Shown: positions 61,418 through 64,000 of the stretch, in pieces
Position numbering within the stretch: the stretch's first letter is position 1
Layout: every line of letters starts with the position of its first letter
Origin: Eledone cirrhosa
Taxonomy: Eukaryota
DNA: 64,000 nucleotides
Direction: 5' to 3'
NCBI GenBank assembly: GCA_964016885.1
Contig: OZ024757.1
Coordinates: 43,276,001-43,340,000 of the forward strand
Made by a program: the position numbers and the translations under genes
The notes under the pieces: model-generated
Seen by the model: only the letters and a program-made list of their open reading frames with translations
Told to the model about the DNA's origin: nothing
The model's database searches: none

Positions 61418-63340
61418 GGACTGTACTGCGCATGCGCAAAGGCCACCAGGAAGTAGTGCGCATGCGCCAAGGCCATCGGACCGTAGTGCGTATGCGCCAA
61501 GTCTGCCAGACCGTAGTGCGCATGCGCCAAAGCCACCGGACCGTACTGCGCATGTGCCAAGGCCACCGGAACGTAGTGCGCATGCGGCAAGGTCGCCGGA
61601 CCGTAGTGCGCATGCGCCAAGACCGCCGGACCGTAGTGCGCGTGCGCCAAGGCCGCCAGACCGTAGTGCGCATGCGCCAAGGTCGCCGGGCCGTACTGCG
61701 CATGCGCCAAGGCCGCCGGGCTGTAGTGCGCATGCCCCAATGCTGCTAGACCGTAGTGCGCATGCACCAAAGCCGCCGGACCGTAGTGCGCATGCGCCAA
61801 GGCTGCCGGACCGTAGTGCGCATGCACCAAGGCCGCCGGACCGTTGTGCGCATGCGCAAAGAACGATGGCCCTTAGTGCGCATGCGCCAAGGCCGCCGGA
61901 ACGTACTGCGCATGCGCTAAGGCCGCCGGACCTTACTGCGCATGCGCCAAGGCCACTGGACAGTACTGCGCATGCGTCAAGGCCACCGGAACGTAGTGCG
62001 CATGCGCCAAGGCCGCCGTACCGTTGTGCGCATGCGCAAAGACCGCTGGCCCTTAGTGCGCATGCGCCATGGCCGCCGGACCTTACTGCGCATGCGCTAA
62101 GGCCGCCGGACCTTACTGCGCATGCGCCAAGGCCACTGGACTGTAGTGCGCATGCCCCACGGCCACTGGACAGTACTGCGCATGCGTCAAGGCCACCGGA
62201 ACGTAGTGCGCATGCGCCAAGACCGCCGTACCGTTGTGCGCATGCGCCAAGGCCGCTGGACCGTACTGCGCATGCGCAAAGGCCACCGGAACGTAGGGCG
62301 CATGCGCCAAGGCCGCCAGAACGTAGTGCGCATGCGCCAAGGCCGCCGGACCGTAGTGCGCATGCGCCAAGGCTGCCAGACCGTAGTGCGCATGCGCCAA
62401 AGCCGCCGGACCGTACTGCGCATGTGCCAAGGCCACCGGAACGTAGTGCGCATGCGGGAAGGTCGCCGGACCGTAGTGCGCATGCGCCAAGGCCGCCGAA
62501 CCGCATGCGCACAAAGGTCCGGCGGCCTTGGCGCATGCGCAGTACGGTTCGGCGGCCTTGGCGCATGCGCACGACGGTCTGGCGGCATTGGCACATGCGC
62601 ACTACGGTCCGACGGCCTTGGGGCATGCGCAGTAAGATCCGGCGGTCTTGGAGCATGCGCACTACGGTCTGGCGGCCTTGGCACATGCGCACTACTGTCC
62701 GACGGCCTTGGGGCATGCGCAGTACGATCCGGCGGTCTTGGATCATGCGCAGTACCGTTGCGTGGCCTTGGCGCATGCGCACTACGGTCCAGCTGCTTTG
62801 GCGCATGCGCAGTACGGTTCGGCGGCCTTAGCGCATGCGCACTACGGTCCGGAGGGCTTGGCGCATGCGCAGTATGGTCCGGCGACCTTGACGCAGGCGC
62901 ACTACGGTTCGGCGGCTCTGGCGCATGCGCACTGCGGTCCGGCGGCCTTGGCGCATGCGCAGTACGGTCCGGCGGCCTTAGCGCATGCGCAGTTCGGTAC
63001 TGGGACCTTGACGCATGCGCAGTACAGTCAGTCGGTCTTGGCGCATGCGCACTACGGTCCGGCGGCCTTGGCGCATGCGCAGTACGGTTCGGCGGCTTTG
63101 GCGCATGCGCACTACGGTCCGGCGGCCTTGGCACATGCGCAGTACGGTCCGGCGGCCTTAACGCATGCGCAGTTCGGTACTGCGACCTTGACGCATGCGC
63201 AGTACAGTCAGGCGGCCTTGGCGCATGCGCAGTACGGTCCGGCGGCCTTAGCGGATGCGCAGTTCGATACTGCGACCTTGACGCATGCGCAGTACAGTCA
63301 GGTGGCCTTGGCGCATGCGCAGTACGGTCCGGCGGCCTTG

Positions 63341-63394
63341 AAAATGGTTAAACTGCATCATAAATTACTAAAATAACTCAAAATGGCTAAATAT
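63341..63394 (-). repeat. AT-rich linker, short form, reverse orientation
   Basis: Copy of 54293-54346 at offset 9048. Confidence 0.95.
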
Positions 63395-64000
63395 GGACTG
63401 TACTGCGCATGCGCCAAGGCCACCAGGACGTAGTGCGCATGCGCCAAGTCCATCGGACCGTAGTGCGCATGCGCCAAGTCTGCCAGACCGTAGTGCGCAT
63501 GCGCCAAAGCCACCGGACCGTACTGCGCATGTGCCAAGGCCACCGAAACGTAGTGCGCATGCGGCAAGGTCGCCGGACCGTAGTGCGCATGCGCCAAGAC
63601 CGCCGGACCGTAGTGCGCGTGCGCCAAGGCCGCCAGACCGTAGTGCGCATGCGCCAAGGTCGCCGGGCCGTACTGCGCATGCGCCAAGGCCGCCGGGCTG
63701 TAGTGCGCATGCCCCAATGCTGCTAGACCGTAGTGCGCATGCACCAAAGCCACCGGACCGTAGTGCGCATGCGCCAAGGCTGCCGGACCGTAGTGCGCAT
63801 GCACCAAGGCCGCCGGACCGTTGTGCGCATGCGCAAAGAACGATGGCCATCTTAGTGAGCATGCGCCAAGGCCGCCGGAACGTACTGCGCATGCGCTAAG
63901 GCCGCCGGACCTTACTGCGCATGCGCCAAGGCCACTGGACAGTACTGCGCATGCGTCAAGGCCACCAGAACGTAGTGCGCATGCGCCAAGGCCGCCGTAC

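Larger units (their letters stand above)
1..64000. repeat. GC-rich 30-bp satellite/minisatellite array with alternating-orientation blocks (about 2,000 monomers)
   Basis: A 30-bp period is visible throughout. F=GCCAAGGCCGCCGGACCGTAGTGCGCATGC and R is its reverse complement. Approximate F blocks: 1-233, 965-3985, 5786-6714, 7451-8659, 9708-10426, 11565-12402, 13481-14318, 15634-17683, 19252-20352, 22334-22627, 23462-25324, 27217-28115, 28969-30419, 32672-34032, 36285-38790, 40494-40586, 41590-42338, 45130-46279, 47632-49967, 52370-53453, 54347-55447, 56710-59015, 61418-62501, 63395-64000. The intervening non-linker sequence is R. Confidence 0.99.
1..64000. promoter_or_regulatory. Array of NRF1/EWG/P3A2-type palindromic motifs (TGCGCATGCGC), one per monomer; binding not demonstrated
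   Basis: TGCGCATGCGCC in the consensus monomer matches 11 of 12 positions of the established NRF1 consensus YGCGCAYGCGCR. Variant monomers carry the full TGCGCATGCGCA (e.g. 4450, 9213). Function is inferred from motif match only. Confidence 0.35.
46440..64000 (+). repeat. ~9.05-kb tandem duplication (two copies, the second truncated by the window end)
   Basis: Paired landmarks: long linkers 47366/56444 (offset 9078). J' 49962/59010, medium linkers 52139/61187, J' 53448/62496 and short linkers 54293/63341 are all offset 9048, a one-monomer difference. Confidence 0.92.

Noticed and set aside
1-64000. CRISPR-like reading (constant palindrome plus variable ~20-bp spacers)
   Set aside because: The variable parts are all homologous point variants of one sequence rather than unique spacers. 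The constant part is only 10-12 bp, and no cas genes are present.
1-64000. Pure artefact from amplification chimeras or fold-back reads
   Set aside because: Junctions recur identically among diverged copies, and the opposed arms are different subfamilies rather than exact mirrors. Local misassembly cannot be excluded without reads.
1-64000. Assignment to a named satellite or transposon family, centromere function, or a host species
   Set aside because: I do not recognise the family, and the window has no unique flanks, terminal TSDs or transposase. This needs database searches and CENP-A or FISH data.

Overview
The whole window is non-coding repetitive DNA, most likely from a eukaryote. It holds about 2,000 copies of a GC-rich (about 73%) 30-bp monomer, consensus F = GCCAAGGCCGCCGGACCGTAGTGCGCATGC, each with the perfect palindrome GCGCATGCGC (an NRF1/EWG-type site). 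The array is not simple head-to-tail: it switches strand more than 40 times following a near-fixed rule. F->R switches occur mostly at one conserved spacer-less junction J (TTTGTGCGCATGCGGTTCGG or its reverse complement; 20 copies). R->F switches occur mostly at an AT-rich linker made of degenerate ~10-bp TTTAGYCAT-like units (18 copies in three nested lengths: 266, 231 and 54 bp). The amplified unit is therefore a polar fold-back module, linker-armA-J-armB, of about 1.9-4.5 kb. It has been tandemly duplicated (periods about 1.1, 1.9, 3.6 and 9.05 kb) and repeatedly inverted. No credible protein-coding gene, RNA gene, transposase or CRISPR array is present. The hundreds of ORFs are artefacts of a 30-bp repeat that is open in 5 of 6 frames. 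Coordinates were read by eye; duplication boundaries are approximate.
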